Shown: piece after piece, positions 51,795-61,413 of the stretch
Position numbering within the stretch: position 1 is the first letter of the stretch
How the letters are laid out: the number at the start of each line of letters is the position of its first letter
Source of the DNA: Candidatus Dormiibacterota bacterium
Lineage (GTDB): Bacteria > Chloroflexota > Dormibacteria > Aeolococcales > Aeolococcaceae
DNA length: 64,000 nt
Reading direction: 5' to 3'
NCBI GenBank assembly: GCA_963718525.1
Contig: OY970355.1
Coordinates: forward strand, 2,368,001-2,432,000
Translations under genes and position numbers: made by a program
The notes under the pieces: model-generated
Databases searched by the model: none
What the model was told of the DNA's origin: nothing
Seen by the model: the letters and a program-made list of their open reading frames with translations, nothing else

Positions 51795-53948
51795 TTACGC
51801 GGGCCCGCCGGCACCATTGCCGCCGGCTTCCTGCTGCTGCCTGGAGAGGTCGCGGATCGCCTCACGCCTCGACAGGTTGACACGGCCGCGGTCGTCGACC
51901 TCGATGACCTTGACCATGATCTCGTCGCCGATGTTGACGACATCCTCGACCTTGTCGACATGATGCTCGGCGAGCTGCCCGATCCGGACCAGGCCCTCTT
52001 TCTTCGGCATGATCTCGACGAAGGCGCCGAAGCCCATGAGGCGTGACACCTTGCCCTTGTAGATCTTGCCGATCTCGATGTCATCGGTGAGGTCGTGGAT
52101 CATGGCAACGGCCTGCTCGCGCGAAGCTGCGTTGGCCGACGCGATAAACACGCGACCGTCGTCTTCCACGTCGATCTGCGCGCCGGTCTCCTCGACGATC
52201 TTGCGGATCATCTTGCCGCCCGGGCCGATGACGTCGCGAATCTTGTCGGGGTTGATGTTGATCACCTCGATGCGAGGTGCCCACGGACTCAGCTCCGACC
52301 GCGGCCCGGAAAGCACCTCGGTCATCTTGCCGAGGATGTGCAGACGGCCGACGCGTGCCTGCTCGAGCGCGCGCTCCATCAGGTCCCAGGTCAGGCCGCT
52401 GATCTTGCAGTCCATCTGCATCGCGGTGATACCGGTCGCGGAGCCCGCGACCTTGAAGTCCATGTCGCCGAGCGCATCCTCCATCCCCTGGATATCACTG
52501 AGGATGGCCGCGTGCTCGGCGCCTTCATCGGTGATCAGCCCCATCGCGATGCCCGCGACCGGCGCCACCAGCGGGACGCCCGCGTCCATGAGCGCGAGGC
52601 ATGAGCCGCACACCGATGCCATCGACGTCGAGCCGTTGCTCGAGAGGATCTCGCTGACGATGCGCACCACGTAGGGGAACTTCTCCTCTTCCGGCATCAC
52701 GTTGTGCACCGCACGCTCCGCAAGAGCACCGTGGCCGATCTCGCGACGGCCCGGAGAACGCAAGGGTCGAGCCTCCCCAACCGAGAATGGCGGGAAGTTG
52801 TAGTGGTGGAAGAAGCGCTTGAAGTTCTCCAGGCCGAGCCCGTCGATTTTCTGCTGATCCTGGCCGGAACCGATGGTGACGACCGAGAGTGCCTGCGTCT
52901 GTCCGCGCGTGAACAGCGCCGACCCGTGGGTTCGGGGAAGCACGCCGACCTCGCACCAGATGGGCCGGATCTCGTCGGTGCGCCGGCCGTCGGGGCGGAT
53001 GCCCTCGTTGAGGATCGCGGCGCGCACGGCCTTCTTGACCTCGAACTCGTAGGCCTTGACGACGTCGGAACGGCCGTCGGGGAAGCGCTCCTCGAGTGCC
53101 GACACGGTCTGCTGCTGGAGCTGATCGAGCGCGGCCTCGCGTGACGCCTTGTCCGGGTTGCGCGCGGCGCTGCCGACCCGATCGGCAACGGAGTCGTGCA
53201 CTGCCGCGGTGATCTCAGGGGAGATCTTCTGCGACGGGTAGCTCATCGTCGGCTTGCCGATCGAATCGTGGAGCCCCCGCTGGAATTCCACGAGCTTGCG
53301 GATCTCGCCGTGCGCCATGCGCAGCGCGTCGAGCATGGTGTGTTCGGAGATCTGATGCGCTCCTGCCTCCACCATGACGATCGCGTCCCACGTGCCCGCG
53401 ACGACCAGGTCGAGCGCGGACTCGTTGATCTGCGTCAGGGTCGGATTGAGCATCAGCTGGCCGTCGAGCATGCCGACGCGAACGCAGGCGACCGGTCCCG
53501 CATGAGGAATGCCGCTGATCTGCAGCGCGCACGAGGCGCCGGTGACCGCGAGGGTCGCCGGGTCCTGCTCCTGGTCAGCGCTCAGGACGGTGGCCACGAT
53601 CTGCACGTCGTTGCGGAAGTCCTTGGGGAACAGCGGCCGCATCGGGCGGTCGATCATCCGGCTCGTGATCGTTGCTGCCTCACTCGGCCTGCCCTCGCGT
53701 CGAGGGAACGATCCGGGGATCCGGCCTGCCGCGTAGAGCTTCTCTTCGTAGTCGCACGTCAGCGGAAAGAAGTCGATGCCCTCGCGCGGTGCTTTGGATG
53801 CGACCGCGGTGACGAGCAGCACGGTGTCACCCAGCCGCAGCATCACCGCGCCATTCGCCTGCTCGGCGACGTACCCGGTTTCGACGATCAGTCGCTTGCC
53901 GCAGAAGTCCGTTTCAAATGTTTTCTTGAGATTGTCGGGGATGGCCAC
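51795..53948 (-). CDS. pnp: polyribonucleotide nucleotidyltransferase
   Basis: FFPLTCDYEE, FTRGQTQ, SNGSTSMASVC, DFKVAG, KH and S1 domains. Confidence 0.98.
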   Translation of the reverse strand: MAIPDNLKKTFETDFCGKRLIVETGYVAEQANGAVMLRLGDTVLLVTAVASKAPREGIDFFPLTCDYEEKLYAAGRIPGSFPRREGRPSEAATITSRMIDRPMRPLFPKDFRNDVQIVATVLSADQEQDPATLAVTGASCALQISGIPHAGPVACVRVGMLDGQLMLNPTLTQINESALDLVVAGTWDAIVMVEAGAHQISEHTMLDALRMAHGEIRKLVEFQRGLHDSIGKPTMSYPSQKISPEITAAVHDSVADRVGSAARNPDKASREAALDQLQQQTVSALEERFPDGRSDVVKAYEFEVKKAVRAAILNEGIRPDGRRTDEIRPIWCEVGVLPRTHGSALFTRGQTQALSVVTIGSGQDQQKIDGLGLENFKRFFHHYNFPPFSVGEARPLRSPGRREIGHGALAERAVHNVMPEEEKFPYVVRIVSEILSSNGSTSMASVCGSCLALMDAGVPLVAPVAGIAMGLITDEGAEHAAILSDIQGMEDALGDMDFKVAGSATGITAMQMDCKISGLTWDLMERALEQARVGRLHILGKMTEVLSGPRSELSPWAPRIEVININPDKIRDVIGPGGKMIRKIVEETGAQIDVEDDGRVFIASANAASREQAVAMIHDLTDDIEIGKIYKGKVSRLMGFGAFVEIMPKKEGLVRIGQLAEHHVDKVEDVVNIGDEIMVKVIEVDDRGRVNLSRREAIRDLSRQQQEAGGNGAGGPA

Positions 53949-54006
53949 GCGTGTCTCCTGGTGGTGACCCGCGCCGGACTGGCTCCGCTTCGCCGCGCTC
54001 TCCAGC

Positions 54007-54096
54007 GGTGAGGTGTTGGGGACTGGGCATCAGGGCCTGCGGCTCGCGCTGCAGCTGCGGCACCGCTTCCTGACACACGGACCCCAACGTCTCACC
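54007..54096 (-). promoter_or_regulatory. long stem-loop in the rpsO-pnp intergenic region
   Basis: GGUGAGACGUUGGGG pairs with CCCCAACACCUCACC; inner GUGUCAGG/CCUGAUGC. Confidence 0.6.
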
Positions 54097-54185
54097 TGTG
54101 AGTGCGACGTCGCCGGAAAGGTGCCGGCTCCGGGTCGGTTGATTGGTGTGTGTTTCTTGGGTCTGATAAGTGGCCGCGACTGACA

Positions 54186-54452
54186 CTATCGGCGCAAACC
54201 GAGGCGCCCGATCAGTGCGCGATAGCGCTCGACATCGGTGCCCGACAGGTAGTCGAGCAGCCGGCGGCGCTGACCGACGAGCTTGAGCAACCCGCGGCGC
54301 GACGCGTGGTCCTTGGGGTGATCGCGAAGGTGTTCGGTAAGCGAGCTGATACGTTCAGACAGCACTGCCACCTGGACTTCCGTGGAGCCGGTGTCCGTTT
54401 CGTGGCGCCGATGCTCCGCGATTATCTCGGATTTGGATCTAACGATTGGCAC
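54186..54452 (-). CDS. rpsO: 30S ribosomal protein S15
   Basis: [34 protein letters not shown]. Confidence 0.97.
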   Translation of the reverse strand: MPIVRSKSEIIAEHRRHETDTGSTEVQVAVLSERISSLTEHLRDHPKDHASRRGLLKLVGQRRRLLDYLSGTDVERYRALIGRLGLRR

Positions 54453-54496
54453 GATTGTTCGCCGCAAGTCTAACAGGAGACCGTCCATCGCCGCCC

Positions 54497-55438
54497 TCAC
54501 TGCGCAGGCTGCGATTTCCGCCGCACCATACCGCGGGTGCGCTCGATGTCGCGACTCATTGCAGATTTGAGCGCTGCAATCGAATTGAATGCACGTTCGG
54601 CGCGGAGCCGCCGTGTCAACGCAAGCCGGACCCGGCGCTCGTACAGGTCGCCATTGAAATCGAGCACGTGGGCCTCGACCGTCACCGCCCCGCCCCCGAA
54701 CGTTGGGCGAGTGCCGATCCCGGTGGCGGCGGGACGCCACCCATCGCCGAAGTTCAGCCAGCCTGCATACACCCCAGGCGCTGGAACGCAGCGCTCCCGG
54801 TCGACGCGAAGGTTTGCCGTCGGCACGCCGAGCCCGGCGCCGCGCCCTTCGCCGCGTTCGACCACGCCATCGAGGACATAGGGTCGCCCGAGCATCGAGA
54901 TCGCCTCCGAAAAGCTCCCTGCGGTGATCGCATCGCGAATCCTCCCCGAGGAGACTGCCCGCCCACCGCGCTTCGATGGAGCCACGGTGGTGACCCCGAA
55001 ACCGCTCTGAGCTCCGAGCCGCCTGAGAAACTCCAGATTGCCCTGGCGTCCATGGCCCAGCGCGAAACCGGGACCGACGATGAGCTCCCGCATCCCCAGG
55101 CTCTCGATGAGGGTGGTCGCGAAGCGATCTGCACTCCAGGTGCTCAGCTCGCGGGTGAACGGGATGACGAGGATGCGGTCGGCGCCGCACTCGCCGAGCA
55201 GTCCGAGGCGGGCGTCGAGGCTCGTGAGCAGGGGCGGGCAGCCCCGCGCGTCGACGACACAGCGAGGATGCGGATCGAACGTGACCGCGACCGCGCTCAT
55301 CGCCCGGCGCCTGGCCGCGTCCCGCACGCGCCGGAGCAGCCGCTGATGCCCGATGTGCACGCCGTCGAAGCTGCCGATCGTCACAACCGACCCTGGGCCG
55401 CCCGCCACCCCTGCGGGGAACTCATGGAGCAGTTCCAT
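54497..55438 (-). CDS. ribF: bifunctional riboflavin kinase/FAD synthetase
   Basis: [37 protein letters not shown]. Confidence 0.95.
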   Translation of the reverse strand: MELLHEFPAGVAGGPGSVVTIGSFDGVHIGHQRLLRRVRDAARRRAMSAVAVTFDPHPRCVVDARGCPPLLTSLDARLGLLGECGADRILVIPFTRELSTWSADRFATTLIESLGMRELIVGPGFALGHGRQGNLEFLRRLGAQSGFGVTTVAPSKRGGRAVSSGRIRDAITAGSFSEAISMLGRPYVLDGVVERGEGRGAGLGVPTANLRVDRERCVPAPGVYAGWLNFGDGWRPAATGIGTRPTFGGGAVTVEAHVLDFNGDLYERRVRLALTRRLRAERAFNSIAALKSAMSRDIERTRGMVRRKSQPAQ

Positions 55439-55445
55439 CGCGATC

Positions 55446-56387
55446 TCAGCCGGCCAGCACCTTGGTCGGCCGGAGCAGGCCGCCGTTCAGTTCTCCGATT
55501 CCGATCAACTCGCCACTGGGATCATGCATGCGGCACTCTCCGGCGACCTCGGGAAGGATCGATCGGGGCAGCCAGACAGACTGGCCGCGACGCACCTGCT
55601 GGACCTGGGCGGGTCCGAGCTGCACGAGCGGGAGATGGGCGACCGCCACATCAGGCGGCAGCAGCGCCGACCACGGATCCTCCATCGCCTCGAGCTGGTC
55701 GAGCGTGATCGATGAGCCGAGCGTGAGCGTGCCGTAGCTCGTCCGCGAGAGCCAGCCGAGGAGTCCGCCGGTGCCAAGAGCATCGCCGAGGTCGGCGGCG
55801 AGGACGCGCATGTATGCGCCCTTGCCGCTGACCACCACGATCTCGGCCTCGGCCACAGGGCCGGGACGGTAGTCGACAAGCTCCGCCGAGTGGATGGTCA
55901 CCGTGCGCGGCCGGCGGACCACTTCCTCCCCGGCACGCGCCAGCTCGTAGAGGTGGCGTCCCTCGTGGCGGACCGCGGAGTGCATCGGGGGAATCTGATC
56001 GATGTCGCCCGTGAAACGGGCCAGCTCAGCGCGAATCCGATCGGTTGCGAGGCCGCTCGCGTCGGCGCCCGTGACGATGACCCCCTCGGTGTCACAGGTG
56101 TCGCTGCGCTCGCCGAGGCGGACGACGCAGTGATAGGTCTTGGGCTGAGCGTGGAAATAGTCGACGAAGCGGGTGGTGCGACCGACGCAGATCGGGAGCA
56201 GGCCGGTGGCTGTGGGGTCGAGCGTCCCGGCGTGGCCGACGCGCCGCTCGCCGAGGATGCGACGAACCTGACGGACTGCGTCAAACGACGTGATCCCTGC
56301 GGGCTTGTCGAGCGGGAGCACGCCTCCTCTGCGCGCGACCGCCGACCCCGAGCGTGGGCCGGCGCCCGCCGCGGCGACTCCGGTCAC
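55446..56387 (-). CDS. truB: tRNA pseudouridine(55) synthase
   Basis: DKPAGITSFD, GHAGTLDP, QIPPMHSA, GAYMRVL. Confidence 0.95.
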   Translation of the reverse strand: MTGVAAAGAGPRSGSAVARRGGVLPLDKPAGITSFDAVRQVRRILGERRVGHAGTLDPTATGLLPICVGRTTRFVDYFHAQPKTYHCVVRLGERSDTCDTEGVIVTGADASGLATDRIRAELARFTGDIDQIPPMHSAVRHEGRHLYELARAGEEVVRRPRTVTIHSAELVDYRPGPVAEAEIVVVSGKGAYMRVLAADLGDALGTGGLLGWLSRTSYGTLTLGSSITLDQLEAMEDPWSALLPPDVAVAHLPLVQLGPAQVQQVRRGQSVWLPRSILPEVAGECRMHDPSGELIGIGELNGGLLRPTKVLAG

Positions 56388-57385
56388 CCTGCTAAGTCGA
56401 TCAGCCGGCGAGCCACGTCGAGCACCTTTCGCTCCGCGGCGGGAAGGCCGTCGTGGAGCTCGGCGCCGGCTGCCCGTCGGTGGCCTCCACCTCCGAACGG
56501 CGTGCAGACGTCGGTCGCGTCGAATGGATCGCGCGTGCGCACGCTGATCTTGACGCGGTCGGCTGCGGTTTCCTTGAAGAGAATCGCGATCTCCATCGTG
56601 GCGATGCTCTGGAGCGCGTCGATGATGCCTTCGGCGTCCTGCATGTCGGCTCCAGTCTGCTGCAGCATCGGCAGCGTCACCTCGGACCAGAGCAGACGGC
56701 CGTTCATCTCGGAGCGCATCTGCGCGATGGCGAGGCCCTCGAGCCGTACCTGTGCGATGGAGCGCGACTTGTAGCTCTTCAGAGCCACCCACCCGGGGTC
56801 CGCTCCAGCCGCAACCAGCGAGGCGGCGAGGCGCAGCGCGGGTTCGGTGGTGTTCTCATGCCGGAAGCCACCCGTGTCGGTGAACAGCGCGGCGTAGAGA
56901 TTGATCGCGACCGCCGGGATGATCGGAGCGCGAAGCTCCTGGAGCAGGCGATGGATCACCTGGCCCGTCGCGCTCGCCGAGGGATCGACGAGATTGATCG
57001 TGCCGAAGCACGTGTTGCTGGTGTGGTGATCGATGTTGACGACGGTCCGAGCGCGCTCGACCTCGCCGCGGCGCTCACCGAAGCGGCCGAGCGTGGCGCA
57101 GTCGAACGTGAACACGGTGTCGCCGAGCGGGGCGCCGCCGGTTTCCACCGTTTCGAACCCGGGGAGGTAGTCGAGCAGCCGCGGCATGGGCTCGGGGACG
57201 ACCACGCGGATTCGGAGCCCCATCGTCCGCAGGGAGGTGGCGAACCCGAGCGCGGAACCGAGGCTGTCGGCATCAGCGTCCTTGTGCGCCAGGCAGGTGA
57301 TCTGATCGGCGCCCTCGATGATCGTGCGGATCGGGTCGATGACGTCCTCAAGTCGCGGCCAGACGGCGGGTGCTGCAACAGTCAC
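56384..57385 (-). CDS. nrnA: DHH/DHHA1 phosphoesterase (NrnA-like)
   Basis: DADSLGS, NIDHH, TDTGGF, GGGGHRRAAG. Confidence 0.88.
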   Translation of the reverse strand: MTVAAPAVWPRLEDVIDPIRTIIEGADQITCLAHKDADADSLGSALGFATSLRTMGLRIRVVVPEPMPRLLDYLPGFETVETGGAPLGDTVFTFDCATLGRFGERRGEVERARTVVNIDHHTSNTCFGTINLVDPSASATGQVIHRLLQELRAPIIPAVAINLYAALFTDTGGFRHENTTEPALRLAASLVAAGADPGWVALKSYKSRSIAQVRLEGLAIAQMRSEMNGRLLWSEVTLPMLQQTGADMQDAEGIIDALQSIATMEIAILFKETAADRVKISVRTRDPFDATDVCTPFGGGGHRRAAGAELHDGLPAAERKVLDVARRLIDLAG

Positions 57386-57780
57386 TGTGGAACCTCCACG
57401 ACCACCTCGGCGGGACCCTCTCCGGCGAGGTCTCTCAGGAGCGTGCTCACCCTCACGCTGTATGCGATCAACTCGTCCAGCTCGAAGTGGAGTCGGGGGA
57501 TACTCCGCAAATTCTCGAGCCGCCTGCCCAGTTGAGCACGAAGGTACCCCTCGGCGTGCCCGAGGCCGTCGACGACCTTCTGGCGGTCGGGGTCATCGCC
57601 GAGCGCACTCACGGCAAGCCATGCCTCGCGCAGATCCGGGCTCACCCGGACACGTGAGATCGAGGCCAGGCGCACCCTCGGATCCTTGATCTCGCTGAGC
57701 ATCATCGCCGAGATCTCCTCACGAAGCTGCTCGCCCACCCGATCACGGCGCGGGCTGCGAGCTCCGGAGCGAAGCGTCAT
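57382..57780 (-). CDS. rbfA: ribosome-binding factor A
   Basis: RVGEQLREEIS, KDPRV, VSPDL, IPRLHFELD. Confidence 0.93.
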   Translation of the reverse strand: MTLRSGARSPRRDRVGEQLREEISAMMLSEIKDPRVRLASISRVRVSPDLREAWLAVSALGDDPDRQKVVDGLGHAEGYLRAQLGRRLENLRSIPRLHFELDELIAYSVRVSTLLRDLAGEGPAEVVVEVPQ

Positions 57781-59576
57781 GCGTTCTGCTGCTCCAGGGT
57801 GAAGGCTTCGAGGATGTCGCCTTCATGGAAATCGCTGAAGTCGGCAAGGGTGATGCCGCAGTCGTAGCCGTGGGTCACCTCGCGGACGTCGTCCTTGAAC
57901 CGCTTGAGCGCATCGATACGGCTCTGGGCGATCTCCTTGGAGTCCCGAAGCACGCGGCAGGTCGCATTCCTCGTGATCCTGCCGTCGAGGACGTGGGAAC
58001 CGGCGATGGCCGGCCTGCCGTCGACCTGATAGACGCGCCGGACCTCGGCCCGGCCCTGGGTCACCTCGATCATGGTCGGCTGATACAGGCCCTTGACCGC
58101 CTTCACGATGTCGTCGGTGACCTGGTACACCACGTCGTAGAAGCGGACGTCGACGCCCTGCTCTTCCGCCGCTGCCTTGGCATGGTCGTCGGGGCGGACG
58201 TTGAAGCCGATGACGATCGCGTCGGTGACCGCAGCGAGGTTGACGTCGGATTCGCTCACCGCCCCGACCCCTTCGCCGACGACCTTGATCTTGACAGTGG
58301 GATCCTCGATCTGAGTGACCTGGCTGCGAAGCGCTTCAAGGGAGCCGTTCGCCTCGGCCTTGAGCACGAGGTTGAGGCTCTTCATCTCGCCTTCCGAGAT
58401 GTTCTGGGCCAGGTCCGCGAGCGTGATGCGACGGACCGGCTGCGCCAGGCGCTGCTTCTCGGCAAACCCGCGCTGTTCCGCCTTGGCGCGCGCGCCGCGC
58501 TCGGTCTCGACGACCTCGAATATCTCGCCGGCCATCAACACGTCGGAGAGCCCGGTGACCACGACGGGCGTGCTCGGCCCGGCTTCCTTGATGCGCTTTC
58601 CAGTGTCGTCGATGAGGGCGCGCACCTTGCCGAACGCGGAGCCTGCGACGAGGTTGTCGCCGACGCGCAGCGTGCCGTTCTGGACCACCAGCGTGGCAAT
58701 CGCCCCGCGACCCCGCTCCAGGTGCGAGTCGATGACTGTTCCCACGGCACGGCCGCTCGGATCTGCCTTCGGCTCGACCAGGATGTCGGAGACGGTCAGC
58801 ACACTTTCGAGCAGATCGTCGATGCCTTCCCCAGTCCTGGCGCTGGTCCTCACGACCGGTACATCGCCGCCGTAGGGCTGCTCGGCAACGACGCCGCGGT
58901 CGGCGAGCTGCTGGAGCGCGCGATCTGGGTTCACTCCGTCCTTGTCGATCTTGTTCATCGCCACGACGATGGGTACACCCGCGGCGTGGATGTGCTGGAT
59001 GGCCTCCTCGGTCTGCGGCATGACCCCGTCGTCGGCGGCCACCACCAGAATCGCGACGTCCGTCACGTCCGCTCCGCGGGCACGCATCGCCGTGAACGCC
59101 GCATGGCCCGGGGTGTCGATGAAGGTGATCAGGCGGCCGTTGCGCTCGACCTGGTATGCACTGATCACCTGGGTGATCCCGCCCGCCTCGCCGGCCGCAA
59201 CCTTGGTCTTTCGAACTGCGTCGAGGAGCGATGTCTTGCCATGGTCGACGTGGCCGAGCACCGCCACGATCGGCGGCCGGGCGACCAGCGCCCCCGGAGC
59301 GGCATTGGAGAGATCGATCAAGGGATGCTTGCGCCGGCCTCCCGCAGACGACGTGCCGTTGGCGTGCTCCGCAACCGATTCCTCGGATTCGGCTTCGAAG
59401 CCGAAATGATCGGCCGCCAGGGCCGCGGTGTCGAAGTCCACCGTCTGGTTGAGCGCGGCCATGACGCCGTTGCTCATCAGGTACTTGATCAGCTGGGGAC
59501 CCGACACCTCGAGGCGGTCGGCGAGCTCAGCGACCGTGAGACCTGCCGGCAGGGTGACTTTCTTGACCGTGGCTAT
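57777..59576 (-). CDS. infB: translation initiation factor IF-2 (short form, probable AUA start)
   Basis: [18 protein letters not shown]; the N-domain [18 protein letters not shown] extends upstream of the ORF-track start to ATA 59576. Confidence 0.96.
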   Translation of the reverse strand: MATVKKVTLPAGLTVAELADRLEVSGPQLIKYLMSNGVMAALNQTVDFDTAALAADHFGFEAESEESVAEHANGTSSAGGRRKHPLIDLSNAAPGALVARPPIVAVLGHVDHGKTSLLDAVRKTKVAAGEAGGITQVISAYQVERNGRLITFIDTPGHAAFTAMRARGADVTDVAILVVAADDGVMPQTEEAIQHIHAAGVPIVVAMNKIDKDGVNPDRALQQLADRGVVAEQPYGGDVPVVRTSARTGEGIDDLLESVLTVSDILVEPKADPSGRAVGTVIDSHLERGRGAIATLVVQNGTLRVGDNLVAGSAFGKVRALIDDTGKRIKEAGPSTPVVVTGLSDVLMAGEIFEVVETERGARAKAEQRGFAEKQRLAQPVRRITLADLAQNISEGEMKSLNLVLKAEANGSLEALRSQVTQIEDPTVKIKVVGEGVGAVSESDVNLAAVTDAIVIGFNVRPDDHAKAAAEEQGVDVRFYDVVYQVTDDIVKAVKGLYQPTMIEVTQGRAEVRRVYQVDGRPAIAGSHVLDGRITRNATCRVLRDSKEIAQSRIDALKRFKDDVREVTHGYDCGITLADFSDFHEGDILEAFTLEQQNA

Positions 59577-59878
59577 GTCGATTCCTCCATGACGAGCTCC
59601 CGCAGCGCTGCGGCGAGGGTGGGCTCGTCGATTACATCATCCCCGACCCGAAGCGAGCGCGCCAGGGACCGGTGCCGCCGTGACTGGCGCAAACAGGTGA
59701 TACCCGTTTCCCGGCAGAGGTATGCGCCCCGGCCGGGAGAGCGGCCGGACGGGTCAAGAATAACCCGCCCTGAGGATGCGGTGACCGCCAGGCGGACGAG
59801 CTCGCCCTTGGGGCGGACCGTTCGGCAGCCGGTGCAGGTTCGGAGCGGCTCGGCATTGCTCACGTCGCGGTCAACCAT
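59573..59878 (-). CDS. ylxR: YlxR/RnpM family protein
   Basis: PLRTCTGCR, GRGAYLC; conserved position between nusA and infB. Confidence 0.9.
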   Translation of the reverse strand: MVDRDVSNAEPLRTCTGCRTVRPKGELVRLAVTASSGRVILDPSGRSPGRGAYLCRETGITCLRQSRRHRSLARSLRVGDDVIDEPTLAAALRELVMEEST

Positions 59879-60914
59879 GGCCAGACGGTTCTTCGCGCGG
59901 CTCGCGCCCCAGCTCGTCGCTCGGCTCGTCTCCCCGGTCGTCTCCATGGTCGTCTCCCAGGTCGTCCCCATGGATGTCGATGCGCCATCCGGTCAGGCGC
60001 GCGGCGAGACGCGCGTTCTCGCCACCACGGCCGATGGCAAGGGAGAGCTGGTCTGAGGCCACGGAGATGTGCGCGGTTCGGGATTCGCCGTCGAGCTCGA
60101 CGGCGCGCGCCACCGCGGGGATCAGGGAGTTCATGACGAATGTGGACGGGTCGGCGGACCAGGCCACGATCTGCACCTGTTCCTCACCGAGCTCGGAGGT
60201 GACCGCCCGCTGGCGCACCCCGTTTCTACCGATGCAGGCTCCCTGTGCGTCCACATCCCCTTCGGGAGCGTCGACGGCGACCTTGGTTCTCCTGCCCGGA
60301 TCGCGAGCGATGGCGCGGATCACGACCTGCCCGGTCTGCAACTCGGGAACCTCCTGCTCCATGAGGCGCTGCACCAGTTGCGGATGGGATCGCGACACCA
60401 CGACCACCGCGTCCGGCCCCTTCCGACGACCTTCCACGATGACCACCTTGATGTGATCCCCGACGGCGAGGCGTTCGCCTGGAATCTGCTCCTCGGGAGG
60501 CAGCATCCCCGGCACGCCGGCAGCGTCGACGTACCAGATGGTCCCCATCCGCCGCTCCACGATCGCGTCGCGGAGCACGCCGCGCTGGCTCGAGCCCTCG
60601 CCGAGGATCCGGCGCTGCTCGACCCCGGCCAGCCGCTCGGCGACCGCCGTTCGAGCGGCGGCAGCGGCCTGTCTCGGAAAGTCCGGGACATCCACGTTCA
60701 ACGATTGCTCGCTGCCGTCGTCCCCGACCCGAAACACCACGAACGTCCCCGATTCCAGGTTCACCCTGGCACGGACCTGGGGATCGTCGGCGACGAGGCG
60801 CCGGTACGCCGTCGCAACCCCCTGCTCCACCGCACTGGCGATGTCGGCCTCGCTGAGGGGCGTCGCGGCCGCGAGGTCGCGCAGCGCCGCGATGGTCACT
60901 GCAGGCGCGGCCAT
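59871..60914 (-). CDS. nusA: transcription termination factor NusA
   Basis: EQEVPEL, IARDPGRRTKVAV, GACIG, LSLAIGRGGENARLAARLTGWRIDI. Confidence 0.95.
   Translation of the reverse strand: MAAPAVTIAALRDLAAATPLSEADIASAVEQGVATAYRRLVADDPQVRARVNLESGTFVVFRVGDDGSEQSLNVDVPDFPRQAAAAARTAVAERLAGVEQRRILGEGSSQRGVLRDAIVERRMGTIWYVDAAGVPGMLPPEEQIPGERLAVGDHIKVVIVEGRRKGPDAVVVVSRSHPQLVQRLMEQEVPELQTGQVVIRAIARDPGRRTKVAVDAPEGDVDAQGACIGRNGVRQRAVTSELGEEQVQIVAWSADPSTFVMNSLIPAVARAVELDGESRTAHISVASDQLSLAIGRGGENARLAARLTGWRIDIHGDDLGDDHGDDRGDEPSDELGREPREEPSGHG
59925..59972. repeat. 4 x 12-bp imperfect tandem repeat in the nusA 3' end
   Basis: ctcgtctccccg gtcgtctccatg gtcgtctcccag gtcgtccccatg. Confidence 0.8.
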
Positions 60915-61384
60915 CAGATGTCGACGACGATCCGGGCCGCGAGCACCGACTCGAGTGAGAACTCGACCGCTCGAGTGGTGCGACGGTCGCGGACCTCGAT
61001 CTCGGCCACCTCTCCGGTGGTCGAGACGAGCTTGCCTTCGAGCACCAGCTCCGAATCGCCGGCGCGGAGCCGGACGTTGACCCGCCGGCCAACCGCGGCG
61101 GTCCACTCCTCGGTTCGGCGGATCGGCCGCTCCGCACCTGGTGAGCTCACCTCGAGCCGGTACGGGTGGTCGATCGGGTCACTCGCGTCGAGCACTGCTG
61201 AGGCGGTGTTCGAGGCGCGCTCGCAATCGTCGAGCGTGACCCCGCCGCCGGCGCGGTCGATGGTCAGGCGAAGCACAGCGCCGCGTCCACGGCCCGACCA
61301 CTGCACGTCGACGAGCTCGATGCCCAGATGGGCGAACGAGGGACGCAGCAGGGAGGCGATGCCGGAGACGTCGTCGGTGTTCAT
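60914..61384 (-). CDS. rimP: ribosome maturation factor RimP
   Basis: GVTLDDCERAS, YRLEVSSPGAERP. Confidence 0.95.
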   Translation of the reverse strand: MNTDDVSGIASLLRPSFAHLGIELVDVQWSGRGRGAVLRLTIDRAGGGVTLDDCERASNTASAVLDASDPIDHPYRLEVSSPGAERPIRRTEEWTAAVGRRVNVRLRAGDSELVLEGKLVSTTGEVAEIEVRDRRTTRAVEFSLESVLAARIVVDI

Positions 61385-61413
61385 GTGTGATGGTGCCCTC
61401 GGGGCGGGTACGC

